This document shows positions 8,531 to 16,500 of a stretch of 32,000 bases of DNA, piece by piece (within the stretch, counting starts at the first letter, position 1; every line of letters starts with the position of its first letter). The position numbers and the translations under genes are program-made. A model generated the notes under the pieces. That model worked only from the letters and a program-made list of their open reading frames with translations, made no database searches and was not told the DNA's origin. Location: NCBI RefSeq assembly GCF_000017305.1, contig NC_009664.2, positions 4,590,001-4,622,000 of the forward strand. The letters are read 5' to 3'. The DNA is from Kineococcus radiotolerans SRS30216 = ATCC BAA-149. GTDB lineage: Bacteria > Actinomycetota > Actinomycetes > Actinomycetales > Kineococcaceae.

Positions 8531-9408
8531 CAGCCCCACGCCCCGCTGGCGGCGACTCGGCGGGCGTAGTCGTCGAAGGAGCGCGGTGCGCGGCCCAGCG
8601 CTTCCTGGACACCGGTACTCAAACACTCCCCCCGCCCGTCGAGGACCTCGGTGAACAGCTAGGTCAGCAGCGCCACCACGTCGGCGGGCACACCCTGCTC
8701 GCTCAAGGACTCCCGGTAGCTCTCAACGGAGACCTGCTCGTAGTCCACGCGCCGGTCCAGGGCAGAGGAGATCGACGTCAGCGCCGCGGGGAAGGTCAGC
8801 AGGTGCGGGCCGCTCACCTCATACGTCGCCCCGGTGTGACGGTGGTCCAGGAGGGCCGCGGCGGCGACGTCGGCGACGTCCTCGGCGTCGACGAATGGCT
8901 CGGCCACCGGCCCGACGGGCAGGCGCACCACGCCGGCGCGGACGTGGTCGCGGAGGAACTTCTCGTCGAAGTCCTGCATGAAGAAGCTGGCCCGCACCAC
9001 CACCGTGGCCGGGGCGACCTCGCGAACACGCGCCTCGGCACGCTGCGCCTCCTCCTCACCGCGCCCCGAGAGCAGCACCAGTCGCTGCACCCCGCGCTCC
9101 ACGGCGGTCCGGGCGAAGGCGGTGACGACCTCGGGGGCGCCGGGGACGGCGAGGTCTGGGGCGTAGGCGACGTAGGCCGCGCCCGCGCCGTCGAGGACCG
9201 CTCCCCAGGTGTCCGGGTCGCCCCACTGGAACGAGGGGTGGGCCGCCCGCGAGGCCACTCGCACCTCCCGTCCGCCGCGCCGAAGCCTTTCGGCCACCCG
9301 CCGCCCGGTAGTGCCCGTACCGCCGAGGAGGAGGACAGGTCGCGGGTCGGCGGCCGCGGCTGCGCCGGTCGTGCTGCTGGTGCCGGTCGTGCTGCTCGTA
9401 TCGGTCAT
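8530..9408 (-). pseudogene. NmrA-like / NAD(P)H-binding SDR-family gene interrupted by an in-frame TAG
   Basis: ATG at 9408. Rossmann motif LLLGGTGTTGRRV. In-frame TAG at 8659-8661. The same frame continues 43 codons (LFTEVLDGRGECLSTGVQEALGRAPRSFDDYARRVAASGAWG) to a TGA at 8530-8532 that abuts the next gene's ATG. Confidence 0.75.
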
Positions 9409-9501
9409 GGACCCAGCCAACGGCCCGCGGGTGCGTGCGCGACATGCTCCGGAACCGCACCCGGATGCGCGGGCGTCTCACACCGCGCCCACCCCCATCG
9501 G

Positions 9502-10530
9502 ATGCGGGGCTACGGTGGGGAGCCGTGGACCCCCTCGCGAACCTGCTCGCCGGCCCCCGTGCCCGCGGGGCGTTCGTGCTGCGCTGCGACCTGGACCCCC
9601 CCGTGGGCGCTGCGGGTGCACGACCGCGCCCCGCTGACCGTCCTGGCCGTCGTGACCGGGTCGGCCTGGGTGCTGCGCCACGGCACGGCACCGCAGCGGA
9701 TCGTCTCCGGGGACGTGGCGGTGGTCCGCGGCCCGGACCCCTACGTCGTAGCCGACGACCCGGACACCCCGCCGCAGGCGCTCATCGACGTCGACCAGCG
9801 CTGCACCACCCTCGACGGCGTCGGGGTGCCCCTGGGCTGGCGGGGCGCTGGGGTCTGGGGCAACAGAGACGGCGACGGCGGCACCCAACTGCTCACCGGC
9901 ACCTACACCGAGCACGGGGCGCTCAACCGGCGGCTGCTCGACGCCCTGCCGGCCCTGGTCGTCCTCCGGGCCGACGCCGCGACCGCCCCCGTCCTGACCT
10001 GGCTGACGCAAGAGGTCACCCACCACGCCCCCGGGCAGGAGGCGGTCCTGGACCGGTTGCTGGACCTGCTGCTCGTGACGGCGTTGCGGGCCTGGTTCGA
10101 CACCTCTCGTGCCACCGCACCCGGCTGGTACACCGCCGCCGCCGACCCCGTCGTCGGCCCGGCCCTGCGGCTGCTGCAGGACCATCCGGAGCACCCTTGG
10201 ACCATCGGCTCGCTCGCCGCGGCGGCCGCCACCAGCCGGGCGACCCTGGCCCGCCGCTTCACCGCCCTCCTCGGCCGGCCGCCCATGGGTTACCTCACCA
10301 CCTGGCGTCTCGATCTAGCCGCCGACCTCCTCCTCGAGCCCGGCACAACGCTCACCGCCGTCGCCCGCCGGGTCGGGTACGGGTCCCCCTACGCCCTCAG
10401 CGCCGCCTTCACCCGCCAATTCGGCATCAGCCCCACCCAGCACCGGGATGCCGGCACCCGTGGCGCCGGCCATGAGGCACTCAGCGGCACAACGACCCAC
10501 CACGCGCATGTGAGCACCGGGCGGCGGTAG
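9502..10530 (+). CDS. AraC-family transcriptional regulator (cupin-type N-terminal domain), probably frameshifted near its 5' end
   Basis: C-terminal AraC HTH (SRATLARRFTALLGRPPMGYLTTWRLDLAADLL, GYGSPYALSAAFTRQFGISP). The expected N-terminus VDPLANLLAGPRARGAFVLRCDLDPP is in another frame (GTG 9525) and joins the main frame at a C7 run, 9596-9602. Confidence 0.8.
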   Translation: MRGYGGEPWTPSRTCSPAPVPAGRSCCAATWTPPWALRVHDRAPLTVLAVVTGSAWVLRHGTAPQRIVSGDVAVVRGPDPYVVADDPDTPPQALIDVDQRCTTLDGVGVPLGWRGAGVWGNRDGDGGTQLLTGTYTEHGALNRRLLDALPALVVLRADAATAPVLTWLTQEVTHHAPGQEAVLDRLLDLLLVTALRAWFDTSRATAPGWYTAAADPVVGPALRLLQDHPEHPWTIGSLAAAAATSRATLARRFTALLGRPPMGYLTTWRLDLAADLLLEPGTTLTAVARRVGYGSPYALSAAFTRQFGISPTQHRDAGTRGAGHEALSGTTTHHAHVSTGRR

Positions 10531-10631
10531 CCGACAGGGTTGCTCGTTTACGCCCACCAGCACCCTCAGGTGCTGCTCGCTCTTCGTCATGTGCGGACGT
10601 CTCCAGTTCGCCGAGGTCGCGCACTGAGCGC

Positions 10632-10649
10632 GGGATGAACGCGAGGTGT
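10632..10649 (+). repeat. GGGATGACC-core intergenic repeat (GGGATGAAC variant)
   Basis: GGGATGAACGCGAGGTGT. Lies 46 nt from the stop at 10696. Confidence 0.8.
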
Positions 10650-10695
10650 CACCCAGAGCCGAGGACTTCGACCCAGACGGTGGTTGCCCGTGTCG

Positions 10696-11193
10696 TCACC
10701 GAGCCGGGAATGGCGCGATGTCGCTGCTCCACTGCTGCGCTGCCGTGAGCAGCTGGGCGCGGTCGACCCGAAACGGGATGCTGTACTCGTAGATGCGGGG
10801 CTTGGGACCCGCCGACCAGTCGGGCTTGCCGGCCACCGCTTCCAGGGACAGGTGCACGCGCAGCATCGTCTGCTCGCCCTCGACCGCGGCCACGCTGAAG
10901 GCCAGGTTGGGCTCAATGAACATCAGCGTGCTCGTCACCATGTCAGAGCCGGGGTCGTCACTCGGCTCAAGGCGTCCTTCGGCCGCGGCGTGCAGCCAGT
11001 CCAGCAGCTCCTGCGCCTCCCACGTGGTCAGGCTCGGGTCGTCGAAGGTCCATATCTCACCGGCGGCGGTGCGCACCCTGCCGTGCACTATGACCCAGTT
11101 GGCGTCCAGTTCGTCGGCAGTGGTGAGGTCTGGGTACTCGTAGCCGCTAAGACGCAGCTCGAAGGCGGCGCCGTCGGTGGAGGTGAGCTTCAC
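10696..11193 (-). CDS. hypothetical protein, WapI-like immunity-protein pattern (tentative)
   Basis: 165 aa, GTG start. FELRLSGYEYPD...DELDANWVIVHGRV...LTTWEAQELLDWL resembles the WapI-family layout from memory. No search was run. Confidence 0.6.
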   Translation of the reverse strand: MKLTSTDGAAFELRLSGYEYPDLTTADELDANWVIVHGRVRTAAGEIWTFDDPSLTTWEAQELLDWLHAAAEGRLEPSDDPGSDMVTSTLMFIEPNLAFSVAAVEGEQTMLRVHLSLEAVAGKPDWSAGPKPRIYEYSIPFRVDRAQLLTAAQQWSSDIAPFPAR

Positions 11194-11328
11194 CTGGTGA
11201 GTGTCCCGCGTCTGCGCTGGCGGGGAGGCTCGACGCGGGGCTTGGTCCCGCTCCGACCGGGTGCTCGAAACCGCTCGCTCTTCGCCATGACCGCAAGATC
11301 ATCGCCCGGCCAACTGCGCGCGGACGGC

Positions 11329-11346
11329 GGGATGACCGTGACGTCG
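11329..11346 (+). repeat. GGGATGACC-core intergenic repeat
   Basis: CGGACGGC-GGGATGACCGTGACGTCG. Partner arm GATCATCGCC at 11297-11306. Confidence 0.9.
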
Positions 11347-11409
11347 TGCGGTGCGCGGTCGAGCCCTCAGTGTGAACGGGTTCGGGGCATGGCCGGGTCT
11401 CGGGTGCGA

Positions 11410-12861
11410 TCAGGGCGCAGGAGGTCGCAGGTCGGGCAGGTGCTCCGCGACCCACGCGGTCAGGTCAGGGCGCGTCGCGGGCCAGCGCCTGCGCAACCGC
11501 TGGATCTCGACTGCCGCCGCGGACTGCTCCCGGTGGCCCCACAGGAAGGTGAGCAGTTCCGAACCCCACGGCGGGGCCACCACGAGTCCCGACGCGTCGT
11601 ACATCGGCTGAGGGTTGTGCTTGGACTTCCACGCCTGCCCCAGGGCGGTGATCGCAGCGGGGACGTCCTCGGCCCGCCCGTGGGTGGCGATGAGCTCACT
11701 GGCGTAGCGGCGGTTGGCGCTGGAGCGGTCCTGCAGGAGCCGCTCCCACAGGTTCTTGGCCACCGGGTAGCCCCCACGGTGGACGAGGTGCGCCATCGCG
11801 CCCAGGCGGACTTCGAGGCTTGCGGAGCGGCTCAGCACCTCCAGCGCCTGCTGCACCGCGGCGGTGTCGGGGCAGCGACCGAGAGCGTCGACGGCGTCGC
11901 TGGCCACGACCACCGCGTCGGGGCCCTTGATCCCGGCGTGGTGCACCCCGACGTCGGCCACGGCGGCCGCCGTCTGCTCGCTGAGGGGGGTGGGCATCAC
12001 CGCGAGGATCTGCAGGACCGGCCAGTGCAGGTCCCGGCACGGGCTGGTCAGCAGCTCGGTGAGCAGCTCCTGCGGCAGTCGCGGTACGGGCTGGAAGTCG
12101 GGGAACGACCAGGACGCGACCTGGTCAAGGGCGTCCTGCAGCGCCCAGAGCAGGGAGCTGACGGGCCGCGGTGCCCGGGTCCGGGTGGGCGAAGCCCGCA
12201 GGGCCGAGCGCAGCTCCTGCACCGCCGCATCCAGCACCTGCCGGCACAGGCGCTCCTCGGGGATGTTGCGCAAGGCAAAGAGGCACCCCTGGGCGGCGCG
12301 GTCGCGGAAGCCGGGGAAGGCGGTGGGGTCGGTGACGATGTCCAGCAACTGCTGCACGACCCGTGTCCCGCCGATGGCGAATAGGGCGCGGGGGTAGGGG
12401 CCGGAGATGTGCTCGTCTGGGCCGGGGCCGCCGATCAGCTCGTGCAGCCAGGCGTCGCTGACCGTCTCGGCGATGTCCAGCGGCTGGCTGAGCAGTACCG
12501 GTGTCCCGGCGTAGCGCAACCTCAGGGCGGTACCGACAGCGGTGGGGCGGTGGCTGCGGTCGATCTCGAGCCAGAACGTCGCCGCCTGTGCGTCGACCTG
12601 TTCGTCGATGATGGGGTCGGTGCGGTGCAGCACCTCGTCGGCGTCGGGGTCGTCGAAGACGGAGGCAGCTGCTGCGGCGTCGCTGGCGGCGACCTTGATC
12701 TGCACCCGGCACGGCGCGTCTGAACCCAGGAGCGAGGCAGCCCGTTCCTCTACCCACTCCTCTACCTGCTGTGCTGCCACTGGACCCTGAGTCACCACGC
12801 ACGCCCCTCTCAGCACCGCACGTCCAATTCCCGCAGGACCGGTGTGCTCCTCCACCACCAT
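11410..12861 (-). CDS. large hypothetical protein
   Basis: Long ORF with high GC3 over most of its length. Start uncertain: ATG 12861 or 12918, and the N-terminal about 40 codons have lower GC3. No family recognised. Confidence 0.6.
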   Translation of the reverse strand: MVVEEHTGPAGIGRAVLRGACVVTQGPVAAQQVEEWVEERAASLLGSDAPCRVQIKVAASDAAAAASVFDDPDADEVLHRTDPIIDEQVDAQAATFWLEIDRSHRPTAVGTALRLRYAGTPVLLSQPLDIAETVSDAWLHELIGGPGPDEHISGPYPRALFAIGGTRVVQQLLDIVTDPTAFPGFRDRAAQGCLFALRNIPEERLCRQVLDAAVQELRSALRASPTRTRAPRPVSSLLWALQDALDQVASWSFPDFQPVPRLPQELLTELLTSPCRDLHWPVLQILAVMPTPLSEQTAAAVADVGVHHAGIKGPDAVVVASDAVDALGRCPDTAAVQQALEVLSRSASLEVRLGAMAHLVHRGGYPVAKNLWERLLQDRSSANRRYASELIATHGRAEDVPAAITALGQAWKSKHNPQPMYDASGLVVAPPWGSELLTFLWGHREQSAAAVEIQRLRRRWPATRPDLTAWVAEHLPDLRPPAP

Positions 12862-12965
12862 GCCGGAGTGACGGTCACCGCTGAGAGGTGGGAGACGGCA
12901 AGGCACCCGTTCGCTCATCGTCGCGTGCGTGACGTCGCGACCGCCGACGCACCGTCCGGATCGCG

Positions 12966-12994
12966 GGTGACCAGGCGAACGATGGTGAGGTCCA
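12966..12994 (+). repeat. intergenic repeat copy, apparently split by a 12-nt insertion
   Basis: CCGGATCGC-GGGTGACC-aggcgaacgatg-GTGAGGTCC. Confidence 0.6.
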
Positions 12995-13291
12995 GCGGTG
13001 GGGTGCGGCGGCAGGGAGCGAAGGCCGGAGACGTCCACGTGGGCCTTTGCTGCGCTGGACGGGTCAAGCTGGTGCCCACCACCTCCACTGGGCCGATGTC
13101 GCGGGCACAGTGGTCAGCATGGACGTCGACCTCCCGATCAGCCGGGCGGGCACCGGGTGACGGCAGGTCGATCATCGTCATCGCCGAGCGGGACTGAGGT
13201 GTCCGCACGAAGCTCCCGCGCCCTGCGCCACCTTCGACCCCGGCAGGTGCCCGGATACGCCGAGGCGGTTGCCCAGCGGCGAACACCGCAG

Positions 13292-13777
13292 GTGCCGAGC
13301 ACACCACCTCAGCTGCTGCCTGGGCCGAGTGCGCACCGGTTGGAGGTGCGCCTGCTGCTGGGGGGTGTCCCGGTATTCGCGGTGAGCGTGTGGTTGATCT
13401 TCTTCCTCTCCAGAGGAGGACACGGCGGCTGGCTCGGCTCCGGCTTGGTGCTGCTGGTGGGGCTGGCGCCTTTCGCCTGGGTGGCGCACGGGTGGAAGGC
13501 CGTGGGCAGACGCAACATCGAGGAGCTGCAGCACGGTTACACGACCACGGTGATGAGGTTCGGGCAGTTCCACGTCGGTGGTGGGGGCCATGTCCGCGAC
13601 ACTGACGCCGGTCCGCCGTGGGATTACAGCGGCACGTGGGTGCTGCAGGGGGATGGACGGGTGAAGTCCGTGCCGCGGCCGGGAGTGGAGCCTCCGGGGA
13701 TGTATCCCTCGCCTGTGCGAGCGGGTGCTGAGGAGTTGTGGACCGGCGCTTCTTGGACGGGCTACTACCGCGCGTGA
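13292..13777 (+). CDS. membrane protein with C-terminal DUF2510-like motif
   Basis: Two TM helices (VPVFAVSVWLIFFL, LGSGLVLLVGLAPFAWVA). C-terminus PGMYPSP...ELWTGASWTG resembles the GWYPDP...RYWDG..WT motif. Start uncertain (GTG 13292 or 13346). Confidence 0.6.
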   Translation: MPSTPPQLLPGPSAHRLEVRLLLGGVPVFAVSVWLIFFLSRGGHGGWLGSGLVLLVGLAPFAWVAHGWKAVGRRNIEELQHGYTTTVMRFGQFHVGGGGHVRDTDAGPPWDYSGTWVLQGDGRVKSVPRPGVEPPGMYPSPVRAGAEELWTGASWTGYYRA

Positions 13778-13910
13778 ACGCCGGCGGGGGCCACGGCCTC
13801 ACCGCTGGGGGTCATCTCGGATGCGTGCTGAGGTTCCCGCTGAACGTCTATGCCCTTGTTCTGCCGGTGAGGTCGACCGCTCGGTCATCGTCAGGACCGT
13901 GCGACGTCTG

Positions 13911-13928
13911 CGGATGACCGTGCGGTCG
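13911..13928 (+). repeat. GGGATGACC-core intergenic repeat (CGGATGACC variant)
   Basis: CGGATGACCGTGCGGTCG. Partner arm CGGTCATCGTCAG at 13882-13894. Degenerate copies at 13818-13837 and 13891-13908. Confidence 0.85.
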
Positions 13929-14022
13929 TGGCTCGAGGTCCGGTATCAGGAGTTCATGTGGCGGGTGGGCTCTACGCCGGCTGGGGGTCCTGCGGCAGGC
14001 TGAGCGACCGAGGCCGCAGAGC

Positions 14023-14457
14023 GTGGCCCACCATGAAGGCGTGTCCAGCGCCGAGCGTGACCCGTCAAGCAGTCCGCCGCGCTCAGGGGCGCTGCGGAGG
14101 CGTGGTCTTCTTCGCGGATTCGGGGTCGTCGCCGTGATCATCGTGGGTGTCCTGGTGGGTCGTGTCCTGGGCGCCTCGACGCTCAGTACGACGGTAGGGG
14201 AGCTCCTGGTCTGGGGAGCCACCTGTGCTGGGCTCACCCTCGCTGTGATCGTGGGTCGCCTATTGGTTCATCCCTGGTGGGGAGCCGTGCTGGCGTGGGG
14301 GGCGTTCATGGCAGGTGTGGTGCCTCCGCTGTCGGATCAGGACGCCTTGTGGGCGGTTGGGGCGTTCGTGCTCGCTCTGCTGGCTGCGGGCTACGTCGCC
14401 GTCCTGAACTCGGTGGTCTCCGCGTTGGACGAGAGGCGTCGGCGGCGCCTCCGCTGA
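14023..14457 (+). CDS. integral membrane protein, hypothetical
   Basis: 144 aa, GTG start, four hydrophobic helices, high GC3. Confidence 0.6.
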   Translation: MAHHEGVSSAERDPSSSPPRSGALRRRGLLRGFGVVAVIIVGVLVGRVLGASTLSTTVGELLVWGATCAGLTLAVIVGRLLVHPWWGAVLAWGAFMAGVVPPLSDQDALWAVGAFVLALLAAGYVAVLNSVVSALDERRRRRLR

Positions 14458-14555
14458 TGGGGTGGGTCTCTGGGCGAGAAGGAGGCAGGAGCATCCGAGA
14501 CCGCTGGCATCTCCTTCAGAGCGGTTGTCGCCAGCAGCGCAACCGCGCGGACGGC

Positions 14556-14573
14556 GGGATGACCGCGAGGTCG
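14556..14573 (+). repeat. GGGATGACC-core intergenic repeat
   Basis: CGGACGGC-GGGATGACCGCGAGGTCG. Lies 8 nt from the stop at 14582. Confidence 0.9.
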
Positions 14574-14581
14574 CAGGCCGC

Positions 14582-14876
14582 CTACTTCGTCGCTGCCCGG
14601 TCACGATCGTGGTCGTCGAGACGCCCACCCCACGCGAGCAGCAGGGCAAACCCCGAGGAGATCAACGGCAAAGCGAAGTAGATCAGCAGAATCCACGACC
14701 TGCCGGCGACTGCGAAGACGAGCTGGGTGGCGATGACCGTCAACGGAACCGCGATGCGCGCCCAGAAGTTGGCCGTGAACAGCATCGGCCAGGGCGCGAT
14801 GAGGTGCACCATCCAAGGGATGCCGTAGACCGCTATCCAGCCCAGCGCCTGCAGCGGGGACCTCTCGACGAAGGGC
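14582..14876 (-). pseudogene. 3' part of a membrane-protein gene, probably truncated by the IS3-family insertion
   Basis: The annotated ORF starts at ATG 14812. The frame stays open, with no start codon, up to the IS end (…PPFVERSPLQALGWIAVYGIPWMVHLIAPW…). It could instead be an independent 76-aa gene. Confidence 0.45.
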
Positions 14877-14918
14877 GGGTCTGCCCCTACTTCAGTTGAC
14901 CCTCGTCAGTAGGGGCGG

Positions 14919-15791
14919 TCAGGCCGCGTGAGCGGCTTGCAGGAGTGTCTCGTACTCGATGGGTGTCAGTCGACCCAGCGCTTGCTGACGACGGCGGCGG
15001 TGATAGGTCCCCTCGATCCACGAGACGATGGCCAGGCGCAGCTCCTCCCGACTGGCCCAGCGCCGGCGGTTGAGGACGTTCTTCTGCAGCAGGCTGAAGA
15101 ACGACTCCATGGCGGCGTTGTCCGCGCAGGTCCCGACCCGACCCATCGACCCACGCGCTTGCCCTGCCGAAAGAGCGCGAAGGTAGCGGTGGGAACGAAA
15201 TTGGGCTCCGCGGTCCGAGTGGACCACGAGCTCAAGGACATCGGTCCCACCGCGCAGTGCCAGCGCGTTCGACAGGGCTTGGACGGCGAGGTCGGCAGTC
15301 ATGCGGGCATCGATGGAGTAGCCGACGATGCGGTTGGAGCAGGCGTCCTTGACCGCGCAGAGGTAGAGCTTGCCTTCGGCGGTGGGATGTTCGGTGATGT
15401 CGGTTAGCCAGAGGGCGTTCGGCTTCTCAGCGGTGAACTTACGGCGGACGAGGTCGTCGTGCACGGGTGGTCCCGGCCGGCGCCCGGCGCCGCGTCTGCG
15501 GGCGTGGGCTGAGAACAGCTTCTGCAGGCTGCACAAGCGCTGGACGCGGTTGCGCGAGGTCCTGACGCCCTGCTGCTGCAGCTCGTCGGCGATGAAGCGG
15601 TAGCCGAACTCGGGGTCGTCGTGGTGGATGTCGACGGCGGCGTTGAGGAGGTGAGCGTCGTTCCAGTCCCGGTCGGTGACCGGAGCGGCGCGCCACTTGA
15701 AGTAAGCCTGCTTGGAGAAGCCCAGCACCCGACAGGTCACCGCGACGGGGATCCCGTCGCCGGCAAGGTCACGGACCAGCGGGTAGATCAT
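14919..15791 (-). CDS. IS3-family transposase OrfB (DDE/rve integrase core)
   Basis: 290 aa. DDE context LWLTDITE, VHSDRGAQF, CADNAAMESFF. The ATG overlaps the orfA stop (ATGA) in the -1 frame. Confidence 0.9.
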   Translation of the reverse strand: MIYPLVRDLAGDGIPVAVTCRVLGFSKQAYFKWRAAPVTDRDWNDAHLLNAAVDIHHDDPEFGYRFIADELQQQGVRTSRNRVQRLCSLQKLFSAHARRRGAGRRPGPPVHDDLVRRKFTAEKPNALWLTDITEHPTAEGKLYLCAVKDACSNRIVGYSIDARMTADLAVQALSNALALRGGTDVLELVVHSDRGAQFRSHRYLRALSAGQARGSMGRVGTCADNAAMESFFSLLQKNVLNRRRWASREELRLAIVSWIEGTYHRRRRQQALGRLTPIEYETLLQAAHAA

Positions 15792-16096
15792 TTTGGCAAC
15801 GTGTCACGGGCGAAGTACGCCGTCGCCCGCCGCAGGATCTCGTTCTCCTGCTCCAGCTGCTTGGCCCGCTTACGCAGCTCCCGGTTCTCCGCCTCGAGGT
15901 CCACGCCCACGGCAGGCGTGCTGTTGGACGCCGTCTTGCCGTCCTCGCGGTCAGCGATCCTCAGCCAGCGACCCAGGCAGGACTCGGAGATCCCGAAGCT
16001 GCTAGCGATCTTCGCTCGGGTCTGCCCGCCTTGGCGGGCGACGGCGATCACGTCGCGGCGGAACTCGTCGGGGTAGCGCTTGTGCACGGTGCTCAT
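15788..16096 (-). CDS. IS3-family transposase OrfA (HTH)
   Basis: ATG at 16096 preceded by GGAAGG. MSTVHKRYPDEFRRDVIAV...RAKIASSFGISESCLGRWL followed by a leucine-zipper-like LEAENRELRKRAKQLEQENEILRRA. Confidence 0.85.
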   Translation of the reverse strand: MSTVHKRYPDEFRRDVIAVARQGGQTRAKIASSFGISESCLGRWLRIADREDGKTASNSTPAVGVDLEAENRELRKRAKQLEQENEILRRATAYFARDTLPK

Positions 16097-16155
16097 CCTT
16101 CCAGCGAGGACCATGATCCTCACAGGTCGGAGTCAACCAAAGCGGGGGCAGACCC

Positions 16156-16356
16156 GGGAGCCCCCAGCTGCTCCAAGGCGGTGTCGAGCAAGAGGCGCAG
16201 CTGGGTGGGGTCGTGATCGGGGACTGCCGTGGCCAGCTCGCGCACGGCTGGTGAGTCGTAGCCGCGGCTGAGCGCGGTGTTGGCCCATGTGCTCATGTGC
16301 TCGGCCGGCAGGTAGCCGAGCACGGTACGGGCACGGGCGCGCTGGAGAGGATCCAC
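16156..16356 (-). pseudogene. 5' fragment of a cassette gene disrupted by the IS; paralog of 25635..26162
   Basis: VDPLQRARARTVLGYLPAEHMSTWANTALSRGYDSPAVRELA...LEQLGAP aligns with VDPLYRARARAHLGDLPPEQMPDWAAHALARGYDSPALRELA...LDELGAP. The reading frame runs into the IS terminal repeat. Confidence 0.7.
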
Positions 16357-16463
16357 GGATGCAGTGTCGCTAAGGAGGGAAAGCTGGGCTTGCTCTGGGC
16401 GGGTGAGAACGCTGCCGGACTCATTCCTTGCCAGGGCTGCGACGTGATCATCGCCCGTAGGGC

Positions 16464-16481
16464 GGGATGACCGTGACGTCG
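16464..16481 (+). repeat. GGGATGACC-core intergenic repeat
   Basis: GGGATGACCGTGACGTCG. Compact hairpin with GATCATCGCCC at 16446-16456. Lies 19 nt from the stop at 16501. Confidence 0.9.
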
Positions 16482-16500
16482 GTGTGGGCCGTGCGTAGGG

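Larger units (their letters stand above)
14877..16155 (-). mobile_element. IS3-family insertion sequence (orfA/orfB, about 1.28 kb)
   Basis: Imperfect terminal inverted repeats GGGTCTGCCCCTACTTCAGTTGACCC (14877-) and the complement of GGTCAACCAAAGCGGGGGCAGACCC (-16155), about 20/26 matches. Two overlapping transposase ORFs in the 0/-1 arrangement. Exact ends are uncertain and no target duplication was resolved. Confidence 0.85.

Noticed and set aside
10315-10590. ORF 10315..10590 (-) as a small gene downstream of araC
   Set aside because: It overlaps the 3' end of the well-supported AraC gene in antisense. Gly/Ala-rich composition and no RBS.
14733-14749. Partial matches to the repeat inside coding regions (GCGATGACCGTCAACGG at 14733; CCGATGACCGTACTGCC at about 23776; CCGGATGACGCCAGG at about 28553)
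   Set aside because: They match only the ATGACCG core (about 12-13 of 18 positions), have no conserved flanks or partner arm, and are embedded in good coding frames. Most likely chance matches.
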